Assembly (NCBI GenBank): GCA_963842525.1
Contig: CAWJGT010000009.1
Coordinates: 896,001 to 960,000 of the forward strand
Length of the DNA stretch: 64,000 nt
From: an uncultured Holophagales bacterium
Lineage (GTDB): Bacteria; Acidobacteriota; Thermoanaerobaculia; Multivoradales; UBA5704
Direction of reading: 5' to 3'
Below are positions 46,780 through 58,559 of this stretch, piece by piece (position 1 is the first letter of the stretch; each line of letters opens with the position of its first letter). Below the pieces are notes generated by a model that searched no databases, was not told the origin of the DNA, and saw only the letters and a program-made list of their open reading frames with translations. The translations under genes and the position numbers were made by a program.

Positions 46780-49700
46780 CTACTTACTTGGGTGCGGAGG
46801 ATCGACGAGACGTGACACCAAATCGTCGATATGCGGCGGCCGCAGGATGGAATAGTGGTCGCCGGGGATCGAGGCCACCCCAAGCTCGGCCACACGCCCT
46901 TCCCACCCCGGCAAGGAATCGCGCGGTGTGTCCTCGGGACGGAAGAGCAGCGCTTTGCCGCCGTAGGTGCCCCCCTCGTAGCAACGCGCCGCCTCGGCGT
47001 GTGTCCGGAAGGTCTCGAAGAGCCGCCTTGCTCCGACGAGGTCGAGCCCCGGCGGGAGGAGGTCGGCTTCGCGTGCCAGGCCGAGGAGGCGGCGCAGGCC
47101 CTCATTGATATCCAGGCTCCGCAGCTCCTCGACGATCATGGCGGGAAGCCCGATTCCGATCCGGGCCCCCAGGTCCGCGGCGAGAGCGAGGACGAGGTCG
47201 GAGTCGGGAAGGGGATCGCCATAGTGGCCTGGCGCCATGGTATCGATCAGGATGAGGTCGACACTCTCCCCCTCAGCCTCCAGCCGCCGGGCCATCTCGA
47301 AGGCGACGAGGCCGCCCAGCGACCAGCCGCCGAGGCGGTAGGGGCCTTGCGGATGCGCGTTCCGCAGACTGCGGAGATAGCGGTCGGCCATGTCCTCGAT
47401 TGTGGCCTCGGCACCGGTGGCCTGGAACCCGTAGACCGGATGATCGGGGCCCAGCATGTTGGCGAGGGGGGCATAGCCGAGCACGCTGCCTCCGGCCGGG
47501 TGGACCAGGAAGAGCGGCGGACGGGTGCCGGCCGGCTGGATGGCGACCAGCGGGTCCGTCTCGACAGTGGTCCCTTCCTGGCGCAGGACGGTGGCCAGAT
47601 CCTCGATCGTGGGGCTCATGAAGAGCACGGCGACCGGGAGGTCCCGGCCGAACCGTTCGCGCAGGCGGGCCATCAGGAGGATGGCCAGCAGGGAGTGGCC
47701 GCCCAGCTCGAAGAAGCTGTCGCGGACGCCGATCGGCCGGACGCCGAGCATGTCCTCCCAGAGGTGGACCAGCTCCAGCTCGACGGCATCGCGCGGCGGG
47801 AGGGCCTCGCGGTCGCCGGTGCGCTCCGGAGCGGGCAGGGCCCGGCGGTCGACCTTGCCAGCCGGCGTGAGCGGCAGGGCGTCGAGGCGCACGAAGGCCG
47901 AAGGGAGCATGGGCTCGGGGAGACGGCTGCGCAGGAAGGCGCGCAGCTCGCGGGGCGGGACGTCCCCGACCACATAGGCCACCAAGCGCTTGTCGCCTGG
48001 ACGATCCTCTCTCACCAGCACGGCGGCTTCGCGCACCCCCGGGCAGGAGGCGAGGGCGGCTTCGATCTCGCCGAGCTCGATCCGCAGGCCGCGGATTTTC
48101 ACTTGATGGTCGATCCGGCCGAGGAACTCCAGATTGCCGTCCGCCAGCCGGCGCGCCAGATCGCCGGTGCGGTACATGCGCTCGCCCTCGATCCCCGCGA
48201 ACGGCTCGGGGAGGAAACGCTCGGCGGTCAGGTCCGGCCGGCCGAGGTAGCCACGGGCGAGCCCCACACCGGAGAGCCAGACCTCGCCGGCCGCCCCAGG
48301 CGGGACTGGCTCCAGGTGCCGGTCGAGAAGCCAGGCGCGGGCGTTGCGCAGCGGCCGGCCGATCGGCGTCCGGCGGTCGCGCGCTTCCGGGCCTACGGGG
48401 TAGAGGGTTGCGCAGATGGTCGCCTCGGTGGGGCCGTAGCCGTTGAGGATCCGCAGCCCGGGGATGCTGCGCATCAGCGAGGCGAGGAGAGGCTCGGGGA
48501 TCGGCTCGACGCCGACGAGCAGCCGGCGCAGGCTCGGCGGGGGCGCCGCGGCCAGGTCCGCTAGCAGCATCGGCGGCACGTAGGCGCTCTCGATCCCGCG
48601 CTCGGCGAGCCAGGCGGCGAAGGCCCGGCCGTCGGCCCGCACCGCCGCGGGCGGGATCTCCAGCCGTCCCCCCGAAAGCAGGGCCGAGAAGACCTCCCAG
48701 ACCGAGGGGTCGAAGGACAGGCTCGTCCAGACGCTGGAGGCCGCGCCCACGGGCACCGGCGCCCGCTCGTCGAGCTCCGCCAGGTGATTCAGGACCCCGG
48801 CATGGTGGCAGGCGACTCCCTTGGGGCGCCCGGTGGAGCCGGAGGTGAAGAGGACGTAGGCGAGGCTCTCGGGGCGAGGCCGCCGCCCTAGCCCAGGGTT
48901 CACACCCTGGGCTACCGAATGGCGCCCTCCGGGCTCTGGAGAGCCGAGGATTTGAGAGCCCGGAGGGCGGAACTGGGTAGCCCCGGGTGTCAACCCGGGG
49001 TGAGCGGGCTCGACGACCTCTCGCGTGATCGTCGCCGCCAACCCAGCATCCTCCGCCATCTGCCGCAGCCGTTCCTCCGGATAGGCCGGATCGAGCGGCA
49101 CGTAGGCCCCGCCGGCCTGGAGCACCGCCAGGATCGCCACGATCGCATCGACCGAGGTCTCCATCCGGATCCCCACCCGGTCCTCCGCGCCGATCCCCAT
49201 GGCCAGGAGGTGCGAGGCCAACCGACCGGACCGTTCCGCCAGCTCGGCATAGGTGAGCCGCTGGTCGCCTTGGACCAGGGCCGGAGCCTCCGGCGTCCGC
49301 CGGGCCTGCTCCAGGAAGGGCTCGTGGAGGAGCCCCTCCGGCACAGGCTTTCGATCACCCTGGCTCTCCTCCAGGAGCTGGTGCCTCTCGGCCTCGGAAA
49401 GCAGCGGGAGACTGAAGACCGGCCGCGCAGGATCGGCGGCAGCCGCAGCGAGGAGGGTCTGCCAGCCGTCGGCCAGCCGGTCGAGGGTCGCGGGCTCGAA
49501 GAGGTCGGCGGCGTACTCGATGCCGAGGTTGATCGCCTCCCCGGTGTCGAGGACGTTGAAGAAGATCTCGTACTTCACCGCCGGTACGGTCGGGACCAGC
49601 GGAGAGACGCGCAAGCCCGGCAGCCCGGCCTCCCGCGGGTCGGCGGTCAGCAGGCCGAACGCCACCTGGAAGAGCGGCGAGCGGTCGAGCATCCGCTCGG

Positions 49701-52700
49701 GCTGCAGCTCCTCGACGAGCCGCTCGAACGGGAGGTCGGCATGGGCGTGGGACGCGAGGATGCTCTCCCGGACCCGGCCGGCCAGCTCCGCGAAGCCCGG
49801 CTCGCCCGCGAGGCCGGCGCGCAGCACCAGGACGTTGGCGAAGAGGCCGATCAGCCCCTCGGTCTCCAGGCGGTCGCGGCCGGCGGTGGGCGAGCCGACG
49901 CAGAAGTCCTCCTGATGGGCATGGCGGGCGAGGACGACCTGGAAGGCGGCCAGCAGGACCGCGAACGGGGTCGACACGGTGCCACGGGCGAGGGCGCGCA
50001 CGTTGGCCGCCAGATCGTCCGGGAGCCGCCGCCAGCGATAGGCGCCGCGCTGGCTCTGGATCGGCGGCCGCGGCCGGTCGGTGGGGAGGTCGAGGACCGG
50101 CGAGGCCCCGGCCAACCGCTCCCGCCACCAGGCGAGCTGCCGTTCCAGGACCTCCCCCTGGAGCCAGCCGCGCTGCCAGAGGGCAAAGTCCGCATACTGG
50201 ATCGGCAGGGCGGGCAGCGGAGAAGGGAGCCGCCGCGAGAAGGCGTCGTAGAGGGTTCCCAGGTCGCGCTGGAACACCTGGAGCGACCAGCCGTCGCTGA
50301 CGATGTGGTGGGACATCACGAGAAGAGCGTGCTCGGCGGGACCGAGCCGGAGGAGCCAGACCCGCAGCAGCGGCCCGCGGGCGAGGTCGAACGGGCGCGC
50401 CGCCTCTTCCAGGGCGATGCGGCGGGCCTCCTCCTCCCGGACCTCCGCGAGAAGGCCGGCGAGGTCGGTCAGGGGAAGCTCCGGCGTGGAGGCTGGCGCG
50501 ATCCGCTGCACCGGCTCGCCCGCGCGCTCCGCAAACGTGGTGCGCAGCGCCTCGTGCCGGCGCACGATCCCGGCCAGGGCCGCGGCGAGCGCCGGCACGT
50601 CCAGGTCCCCCTCCAGGCGCAGCGCCGCGGGGACGTTGTAAGCCGCGCTCCCGGGCTGCAGGCGGTCGAGGAACCAGAGCCGGCGCTGCTGGAACGAGAC
50701 GAGGGCCTCGTCCCAATCTCCAACGGGCCGCTCCGGCCGTGGCGTGATCGGAGGAGGGGCCGGTCCGGCCAGCACCGTCCGCGCCGACCGGATGCGATCC
50801 GCGAGCTCGGCCACGGTCGGCCGCTCGAAGAGGTCGCGCAGCGGCAGCTCGACCCCGAAGGCCCGGGTGACGCGCGCCAGAAGCTGGGTCGCCAGAAGGG
50901 AGTGTCCGCCGAGGGCGAAGAAGCTGTCGTGGCGCCCGACCCGCTCGGCGGCCAGCACCTGGCCCCAGATTCCGGCAAGCTCCTGTTCGACCGGATCGCG
51001 AGGCGGCTCGAAGGGCCGCTCGGCCTCCAGTTGTATCGCCGCCTCGGACCCCATCCGGGCGAGGACCCGGCGGTCCACCTTGCCATGAGGCGTCAGGGGC
51101 AGCGCAGGGAGCGGCACGAAGAGCGACGGGATCATGACCTCGGGAAGGCTCCGGCCGAGGAAGGCGCGCAACGCTTCGGGGGGCGGAGGATCGGACTCGG
51201 CGGCGAAATAGGCCACCAGCCGCTTGCCGGTGACGCCGCCCTCGTCCTGGACCAGCACCACCGCCTCGCGCACGTCCGGGTGGCGGGAGAGAGCCGCCTC
51301 GATCTCCGCCGGCTCGACACGGATGCCGCGGATCTTGACCTGATGGTCGATCCGCCCGAGGAAGTCGATCACGCCGTCCGGCTGCCATCGCGCGAGGTCG
51401 CCGGTCTTGTAGAGGCGCTCCCCGGGCTGCTCCGAAAACGGATTCGGCACGAAACGTTCGGCTGTGAGGTCGGGTTTGCCCGTATAACCGCGAGCGAGGC
51501 TGACGCCGCCGAGGAACAACTCTCCGGGCACCACCGCCGGGACCGGCGCGCCGTTGCGGTCCAGGATGTACTGCCGGGCGTTGGCGATCGGCCGGCCGAT
51601 CGGCGGTCCGGCAGGCCAGGTGCCCGGCGGCCCCGCAAGCATGTGGGCGGTGATGCCGTGCGTCTCGGCCGGGCCGTAGAAGTTGCGCAGGCGGCATGCG
51701 GGCAGCCGTTCGAAGAGGCGGGCCACCGCGGGTGTAATCTTCATGGCCTCGCCCACCGTGGTGACCCAGCGTAGCGAGGCGAGCCGTTCCTCCCGGCCTT
51801 CGCAGACCTCGGCGAGCTGCTGGAGCACGACGACCGCCAGCACCATCTCCTCGATCTTTTCCTCTTCGATGTAGCGGGCCATGGCTTCGGCATCGCGCCG
51901 CGCAGACTCCGTCAGGAGATGAAGCGAGCCGCCCGAGGCCAGGGCGGTGAGCAGCTCCTGGAAGAAGACGTCGAAGCTGAACGAGGAGAAGCCGAGCACC
52001 CGCCGCCCGCCGCCATAGGCGCCGATGTGCCAGCGCACCATGTTGACCAGCGCACGCTGGGTGAGGGCGATGCCTTTGGGACGGCCGGTGGTGCCGGATG
52101 TGTAGATGATGTAGCCGGGGTGGTCGGGGAGAGGGAGAACCTCACCCCCTGTCCCCCTCTCCCATCTCCCTTCCACCCCCCGCCGGGAGAGGGGGAACGC
52201 ATCCAAAGCCTTATGCCCGGGCTCGCCACCTTCGCTCCATCTACGTTCCCCCTCTCCCGGGGATAGGGAGGGTGGGAGATGGGAGAGGGGGTTAGGGGGT
52301 GAGGACATCAGCACCCGTGCCCCCGAATCCGCCAGCATGTACTCCAGCCGTTCCGCCGGATGCGCCGGGTCGAGCGGCACATAGGCCCCGCCTGCCTCCA
52401 GCACCGCCAGCATGGCGATCAGCAGCTCCATCGACCGCTCGGCGCAGATCGCGACCGGCGAGTCCGGACCGACTCCCAGCTCCCGCAGCCGGCCGGCGAG
52501 TGCGGACGTCCGGCGCCGCGTCTCCGCGTAGGTCAGACGCTCGTCGCCGAAGACCAGGGCGAGCGCCTCCGGAGTGCGCTCCGCCTGGGCGGCGAACATC
52601 GCGAAGGCCGTCTCCCGGTCTGCCCGTCTCGGATAGCCCCGGTGTCGTTCCACTCGCGGAGCACCTGCGGCCTCCTCGGCCGCGGTCAGGAGCGGGAGGC

Positions 52701-54133
52701 GCCAGATGGGGACATCGGGCTCGGCGATCGCGCTGCCGAACAGGACCTCCAGGTGCCCGATCATGCGCAGGATCGTGGCCGGCTCGTAAATGTCCGTGTC
52801 CAGCTCGACCCAGCCGCCGAGGCCGCCCGGGTCGTCCACCAGATGGAAGACCAGGTCGAACTTGGCGGTCTGGTTCGAGATCTCGAGCCCGCGCAGGGAG
52901 AGGTCGCCGGCCGCCTCGCTCCCGGCGGACGGGCCGGACGAGTCCGTCACCTGGGCGGCGAACATCACCTGGAAGAGCGGCGTGTGGGTCAGGTCGCGGT
53001 GCGGGTGCAGCTCCTCGACCAGCCGCTCGAAGGGGATGTCCTGGTGGGCGAAGGCGCCCAGCGTGGCCTCGCGCACGCGGCCGAGCAGCTCGCGGAAGGT
53101 CGGCTCTCCGGACAGGCCGGTGCGCAGCACCAGGGTGTTTACGAAGAAGCCGATCAGGCTCTCCAGCTCGATGCGGTTGCGGCCGGCGGTCGCCGTGCCC
53201 ACGGAGATGTCGTCCTGGCCGCTCCAGCGGTGGAGGAGGATCTTGACCACGGCGAGCTGCGCCACGAAGAGGGTGACCCCTTCGCGCTGCGCGATCGCCT
53301 GGAGCCCTTCGGCCAGCCGGGTGGGGAAGAGGAGATAGAGGCGGGCACCCCGGCCGCTCCGCACCTTGGGATGCGGCCGGTCCGTGGGCATCTCCAGGAC
53401 CGGCGGCGCTCCGTCCAGCTTCTCCTTCCACCAGGCGAGCTGGGAGTCCAGGACGCGGGCCGCGCAGCCACTGGCGCTGCCAATGCGCGTAGTCCGCGTA
53501 CTGGACCGGCAGCTCGGGCAGCTGCACCGGCCGGCCGTTCGCCAGGGCGTCGTAGATCGCCCCCATCTCGCGGTTCAGGATTACCGCCGACCAGCCGTCG
53601 CAGACGATGTGGTGCATGTTGAGGACGACCCGGTGGTCCTCGGGCGCCATGCGGACGGCGAGCGCACGGACCAGCGGGCCGGTGGCGAGCTCGAACGGCA
53701 GGCGGATCTCTTCCACGGCCACCCGGATGCCCTCGGTCTCCCGTGCCTGCGGGTCCGCCACGGCCGTAAGGTCGATCACCGGCATAGGGACCCACATCGC
53801 GGGAATCACCACCTGGACCGGCCGCCCTTCGATCGCCGGGAAGCAGGCGCGCAGCGCCTCGTGCCGGCGCACGACCTCGTTCAGGCTGCGCTCCAGGACC
53901 AGCACGTCCAGCGGTCCGCCGAAGCGGAAGGCCGTGTAGTCGTTGTACTGCGGCCCAGGCTCGAGCTGGTCGAGGAACCAGAGGCGCTCCTGCGCGAAGG
54001 AGAGAGGCCAGGAGGCCGGGTCCGGCCGCCGCGGAATGCTGTCGCCGCCCTCCAGATACTTGCGCTGGAGGCGGGACCGCAGCAGGGCCCGCTGCTCGGC
54101 CGAGAGCTTGTTGATTTTCTCGGAAACGCTCAT
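46780..54133 (-). CDS. Two-module NRPS (docking-C-A-T-C-A-T-TE), frameshifts near 53460 and 52640-52670
   Basis: HHIVCDG and HHIVSDG; YTSGTTG and FTSGSTG; YKTGD and YRTGD; LGGHSLL twice; thioesterase GWSLGG. Confidence 0.93.
48891..49009. repeat. GTAG-type REP doublet (REPIN-like), family B copy 1, in frame within NRPS A2
   Basis: Inverted GTAG-hairpin units (GTAGCCCCGGGTGTCAACCCGGGG and GTAGCCCAGGGTGTGAACCCTGGG) around a central palindrome. Confidence 0.85.
52139..52304. repeat. Palindromic repeat family A, copy 2, in frame within NRPS A1
   Basis: Same terminal inverted repeats as 27935-28139; translated as SPPNPLSHLPP...RWERGTGGEV. Confidence 0.88.
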
Positions 54134-54134
54134 G

Positions 54135-54353
54135 ACCTCACCCCCTGGCCCCCTCTCCCATCGCACTCCCCCCGACCGGGAGAGGGGGAACGCAGGCGAA
54201 GCCTCTGTTCGAGATCGGCAAGGTTCTGGGAGCGGGTGCCTGGCGGGACGCAGCAGACTGCTCCGGGTCCGGTCTTCCATGACTTTCCGGAAAGCCGTCC
54301 CCCCTCTCCCGGTCGGTGGGGGGGCGGTGGGAGAGGGGGACAGGGGGTGAGGT
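54135..54353. repeat. Palindromic repeat family A, copy 3, between the C-domain gene and the NRPS
   Basis: ACCTCACCCCCTGG...CAGGGGGTGAGGT flanked by CATG on both sides. Confidence 0.88.
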
Positions 54354-55798
54354 CATGGGACCAGCTCCGACAACCGCCGCTCCGGATTCTCCGCGATCGC
54401 CTCCAGCAGGTCCACGAAGAGGTCGATCCAGCCTTCCACCGTGGCGCCGCGCCAGAGCGCGCGATCGTACTCGATCCACCCTTCGAGCAGGCTGCCCTGG
54501 TCCCAGATCGAGACCAGGAGGTCGAAGCGCGACGTGCCGCCATAGGTGACCAGGAGGGTCGCGCCCACGTCCTGGAAGTCGGCGGAGGGTGGATTCTCCA
54601 GAAAGAAGAAGGCGGTCTGAAAGACCGGGTGCCGCTCCGGGCCGTAGTCGGGCCGGACCTCCTCCAGGATGCGGCCGAACGGGAGATCCTGGTGGGCGTA
54701 GGCCTCCAGGGTCGAACGGCGCGTCCGGTGCAGCAGCTCGTGGAAGGTCGGGTCTCCCGACAGGTCGGCGCGCAGCGGCAGATAGTTGAGGAAGAGGCCG
54801 ATCAGCGGCTCCAGGTCCCGCTGGTTGCGGCCGAAGACCGGCGAGCCGATCGCGAAGTCCTCCTGGCCGGAGAGGCGGTGGAACAGGACGTCGAGCGCGG
54901 CCACCAGGATGTAGAAGAGACTGGCCTCCTCCTGCTTGGCCAGAGCCTTGAGCCGGCGCGTGGTCTCCTCGGAGACGTCCATGTGGGGCCGGGCGCCGCG
55001 GTGGCTCTGGACCTGCGGACGGGGGAAGTCGGTGGGCAGCTCCAGGACAGGCAGGTCGCGCAGCCGCTCCGTCCAATACGCGAGATGCCCGCGTGCCGTC
55101 TCTCCCTCCAGCCACTCGCGCTCCCAATGCGAGTAGTCCGAATACTGGAGGCGCGGTGATGGCAGGGGTGGCAGGGGCGACGGCCGGCCCGCCTGGAATG
55201 CCTGGTAGCAGGCAGCCATCTCGCGCTCGAACAGGGCGTAGGAGACCCAGTCGGTCGCCATGTGGTGCATCATGACCAGGAGAAGATGGCTCTCCGGCCC
55301 CAGCCGGGCCAGCGTGAACCGCGCGACCGGACCGTGGTGGAGATCGAAAAGCGCCCGCCAGCGCTCGCCGAGGAACCGCTGGGCCTCGGCCTCGCGCATC
55401 TCTTCCGGCAGCGCCGAGACGTCGACCAGCGGCATGGGAATCACCGTCTCGTCGGGCAGCAGCACCTGCATCGGCCGGCCGTCCACCACCGGGAAGGCCG
55501 AGCGCAGCACCTCATGCCGCCGGGTGACCTCGTCGAGCGCCGTCCCCAGGGCCGCGATATCGATCGGACCGGAGAAGCGCAGGCCGGTGTAGACGTTCCA
55601 CCCCGGATGGCCGCCGGCCTTCTGATGGAGATTCCACATCCACTCCTGGTTGGCCGACAGTGGATGCGGCCCGGCGCCGCCGCGGCGCGGGATGCCCTGG
55701 AGCACAGGCGGCGCGAGGTTCTTCCGCCTGAGCCGCATCTCCAGGAGCCGGCGCTGCTCCGGCGTGAGGTTGGCGATGCGCTGGTGGGTGTCGGTCAT
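54353..55798 (-). CDS. Stand-alone NRPS condensation-domain protein with an N-terminal docking helix
   Basis: PLSANQ, RHEVLRS, HHMATDW, LELPTDFPRP and AHQDLPF motifs; no A or T domain. Confidence 0.88.
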   Translation of the reverse strand: MTDTHQRIANLTPEQRRLLEMRLRRKNLAPPVLQGIPRRGGAGPHPLSANQEWMWNLHQKAGGHPGWNVYTGLRFSGPIDIAALGTALDEVTRRHEVLRSAFPVVDGRPMQVLLPDETVIPMPLVDVSALPEEMREAEAQRFLGERWRALFDLHHGPVARFTLARLGPESHLLLVMMHHMATDWVSYALFEREMAACYQAFQAGRPSPLPPLPSPRLQYSDYSHWEREWLEGETARGHLAYWTERLRDLPVLELPTDFPRPQVQSHRGARPHMDVSEETTRRLKALAKQEEASLFYILVAALDVLFHRLSGQEDFAIGSPVFGRNQRDLEPLIGLFLNYLPLRADLSGDPTFHELLHRTRRSTLEAYAHQDLPFGRILEEVRPDYGPERHPVFQTAFFFLENPPSADFQDVGATLLVTYGGTSRFDLLVSIWDQGSLLEGWIEYDRALWRGATVEGWIDLFVDLLEAIAENPERRLSELVP

Positions 55799-55938
55799 CG
55801 GGGGAACTCGTCCTTCCGGCCCCCGATCTTATCCCCCACGCTACGCGTGGGTGACGGAATGAATGGCGAGCAAGCGTGGCCCAATGCCGCCCTGATCAGC
55901 GCAGGGCTCCGTCAAACTCAATGGTCGCGTGGGCAGAT

Positions 55939-56101
55939 CCTCACCCCCTGTCCCCCTCTCCCATCTCCCTTCCACCCCCCGCCGGGAGAGGGGGGACGCA
56001 TGCGGAGCCGTTCGGCGAGTTCGCCACGTAGGCATCAACAACGTCCCCCCTCTCCCGGGGATGGGTGGGTGGGAGATGGGAGAGGGGGACAGGGGGTGAG
56101 G
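55939..56101. repeat. Palindromic repeat family A, copy 4 (intergenic)
   Basis: CCTCACCCCCTGTCCCCCTCTCCCATCTCCC ... GGGAGATGGGAGAGGGGGACAGGGGGTGAGG. Confidence 0.88.
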
Positions 56102-56148
56102 TTTTCTTTCCGGCCGCCACGGACTCTGGCGGAGCCTCGTGCTCCCAC

Positions 56149-57378
56149 TCAGCGCTTCGTCGCCCGCACCCCCAGGTTCCAGATGGGCTTGCCGTGATCG
56201 CGCTGCAGGTCGCCGGGGTGCAGCGGATCCCACATGTCGAACGACCAGGTGCCCGCGTTGAAGACGGTCGCGTCGAAGCCGACGGCGCCAAAGTCGCGGG
56301 CCAGCTCTTCGGCGCTCCACATGTTCTGATGGGCGTGGAGCGGATTGTCGCGCAGGCGGTCCTCGGGTGTGAAGAGCGTCGAGCGCATCGAACGGAACGA
56401 GAGGCGGCCCGCGGCGTAATCACGGATGACACGGCCGGCATCCGTCTGCACCACGACGACTGCTCCGCCCGGACGCAGCTTGCGATGGAGGTCGCGGAGG
56501 AACTGCACGTACTTCGTGGCGGGAATGTGCTCCAGCGTGTGGCTCAGGAAGAACTCCTCGACCTCGCCGTCGCCGGCATGCACCTGGTCGAGGTCGGTGA
56601 TGTCGCAGCGGCGGTCGGCGCCCGGCACCAGGTTGACGGTGATGTAGCCGTCGCGCGGCCAGACGCCGCCCAGGTCGTACTTCGCGGGGCCATGGCCATT
56701 GCTCGGCGGCGGAGCCTCCGGCGGGCGCTCCTGGCTTGCCGGCTGGGGATTGTGCGTCCACCCGTTGGGGCTCGTGGCGCCGTTCCACCAGTGCTTCGCG
56801 TAGGCATCCGGCGTGGGCTCGTGCAGCCGGTGCGTCTCCCACCAGGGGATCGGGTAGAAGAACGCCTCCGGGTGGACGCGGATGTCGCCGCGGTCGCGCG
56901 CCAGCTCGGTGAGCAGCGCCGGACCGGTGACCTCGTTCGGCCGCGCATTGACGTCGTCCGGGTCGAGCGCACGGATGCGGTCCAGCGCCGCGCGCACCAT
57001 CATCCCGGCCAATGGATGGCCCGGCACGCAGCCGACGAGGGACGGGCACAGGAAGGCCTCGCTCTCGCGGCCGCAGAAGGCGGCGTCGCCCAGCAGCTCG
57101 TCGAACGGACGGAGGCACTCCAGGTCGGAATCGACATAGACGCCGCCGTGGAGGCGCAGCACCTCGAAGCGGGCCACGTCGCTCTTCACGACCACGGAGT
57201 AGCGCGGGTCGGCGAGCAGCTCCTGCACCTCGCCGGACGCGCCGTCGCCGAGGTCGGTGCGCCAGAAGCGGAAGGTCCAATCGGGGTGGTGCTGCATCCA
57301 GCTCTGGCGGAAGCGGTGCAGCTCCGGCCGGAACGCGTCCTCGCCGGGCCAGACGTGATGGATTGTCTTCGGAATCAT
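56149..57378 (-). CDS. GT32/DXD glycosyltransferase fused to a SAM-methyltransferase-like domain
   Basis: MIPKTIHHVW, SDVARFEVL, GGVYVDSD and TGP; then YDLGG, SHTLEHI and LRPGG. Confidence 0.82.
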   Translation of the reverse strand: MIPKTIHHVWPGEDAFRPELHRFRQSWMQHHPDWTFRFWRTDLGDGASGEVQELLADPRYSVVVKSDVARFEVLRLHGGVYVDSDLECLRPFDELLGDAAFCGRESEAFLCPSLVGCVPGHPLAGMMVRAALDRIRALDPDDVNARPNEVTGPALLTELARDRGDIRVHPEAFFYPIPWWETHRLHEPTPDAYAKHWWNGATSPNGWTHNPQPASQERPPEAPPPSNGHGPAKYDLGGVWPRDGYITVNLVPGADRRCDITDLDQVHAGDGEVEEFFLSHTLEHIPATKYVQFLRDLHRKLRPGGAVVVVQTDAGRVIRDYAAGRLSFRSMRSTLFTPEDRLRDNPLHAHQNMWSAEELARDFGAVGFDATVFNAGTWSFDMWDPLHPGDLQRDHGKPIWNLGVRATKR

Positions 57379-58553
57379 CGGGGTCTCTGGAGGTCGGTGC
57401 CCAACCTCCCCTCCTGCCAGACGATCTTTCTCGCCGGCGTGTAAAAGTTCATGGACGGCATCATGCGGATGTAGAAGTCGTCGATCGGCCGGTCCAGCGA
57501 GTCGACCTCGTCCAGCATGCGGTCGATCGCCGGCAGGCGCAGGAACGACATGGTGGTGCCCCAGGTGCCCACGAGGCGCGCGTGGTTGGGACCGAGGACA
57601 CGTGGCGGGGTGCAGTGCTCGCCGCCGGGCAGGTGCAGCACGTCCCAGTCCTCGGGCACCTCGTCGAGGAAGGCCGCGAACGCATCCAGGAAATCGTCGG
57701 CGAGCACGAGGTCGTCCTCGACGATCGCGCAGGGCGCCCGGCGCGCCTGCGCCTGTTTGAGCAGGGCGGCGTGGGAGAGGTAGCAGCCGACGGCGCCCGG
57801 CCGCACCCAGTCCGGGCGGATGCTCCGGAGCTGGAGGCGCTGCCCGTCGAAGGCCTGGAAGCGGCGCGCGCCGGTGATGCCGATGCGCGCCAGTTGCTCC
57901 CGCGCGTGCTGCAGACGGTCCGGGCGCCGGTCGAGGTTGACGATCCACCACTCGTAGCGGTCGAGCAGGGCGCGCAGGGACAGCCGCGGGCCGCGGTACA
58001 GGATGCGCTTGGTGCCATAGCGGAAGACGGCGCGCAGACCGTCCCGGGCTTCCGGCGGCGCCAGCAGGTTGAGCGGACGCCAGTCGCCGTCGTCGATGTC
58101 GGCGTTGTCGACGCGCTCGTCGTCGCAGTTGACGAGGAGCACGTGCTTGAAGGAGGCGAGCGCCGGTTGGGCGAGAAACGCGCGCACGCTCTCCAGGCTC
58201 CAGTGCTGGAGCACGTCCTTGACCAGGAGGAGGTCGAAGCCGGTATACGCGCCGAGCTGCCGGGCGTCGCCTTCGACGTACTCCACGCCCGGGAAGCGCG
58301 CGCGGTTCCTCTCGACGACGGCCGGCACGATGTCGAGCCCGACGTAGCGCGCCCCCTTCCAGTCGATCGCGTGCGGATAGCCCACCAGGCCGCAGCCGGC
58401 GTCGAGCACGCTGCGGATCTCGTGCTCGACGAGGAGCTGCTCGACGAAGGAGCGGTACGGCCGGCTCGCCTCCAGCGTGGAGCCCGGCTGCCGCTCGTCC
58501 CAGACGCCATCTTCGTACAGGCTGCAGAAGACCTGGGCGTGATCCCCGAGCAT
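57375..58553 (-). CDS. Class I methyltransferase fused to a GT25 glycosyltransferase
   Basis: VLDAGCG and KDVLQHW; then VNLDRRPDR, AFDG, GCYLSH and IVEDD. Confidence 0.82.
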   Translation of the reverse strand: MLGDHAQVFCSLYEDGVWDERQPGSTLEASRPYRSFVEQLLVEHEIRSVLDAGCGLVGYPHAIDWKGARYVGLDIVPAVVERNRARFPGVEYVEGDARQLGAYTGFDLLLVKDVLQHWSLESVRAFLAQPALASFKHVLLVNCDDERVDNADIDDGDWRPLNLLAPPEARDGLRAVFRYGTKRILYRGPRLSLRALLDRYEWWIVNLDRRPDRLQHAREQLARIGITGARRFQAFDGQRLQLRSIRPDWVRPGAVGCYLSHAALLKQAQARRAPCAIVEDDLVLADDFLDAFAAFLDEVPEDWDVLHLPGGEHCTPPRVLGPNHARLVGTWGTTMSFLRLPAIDRMLDEVDSLDRPIDDFYIRMMPSMNFYTPARKIVWQEGRLGTDLQRPR

Positions 58554-58559
58554 GGCGCC

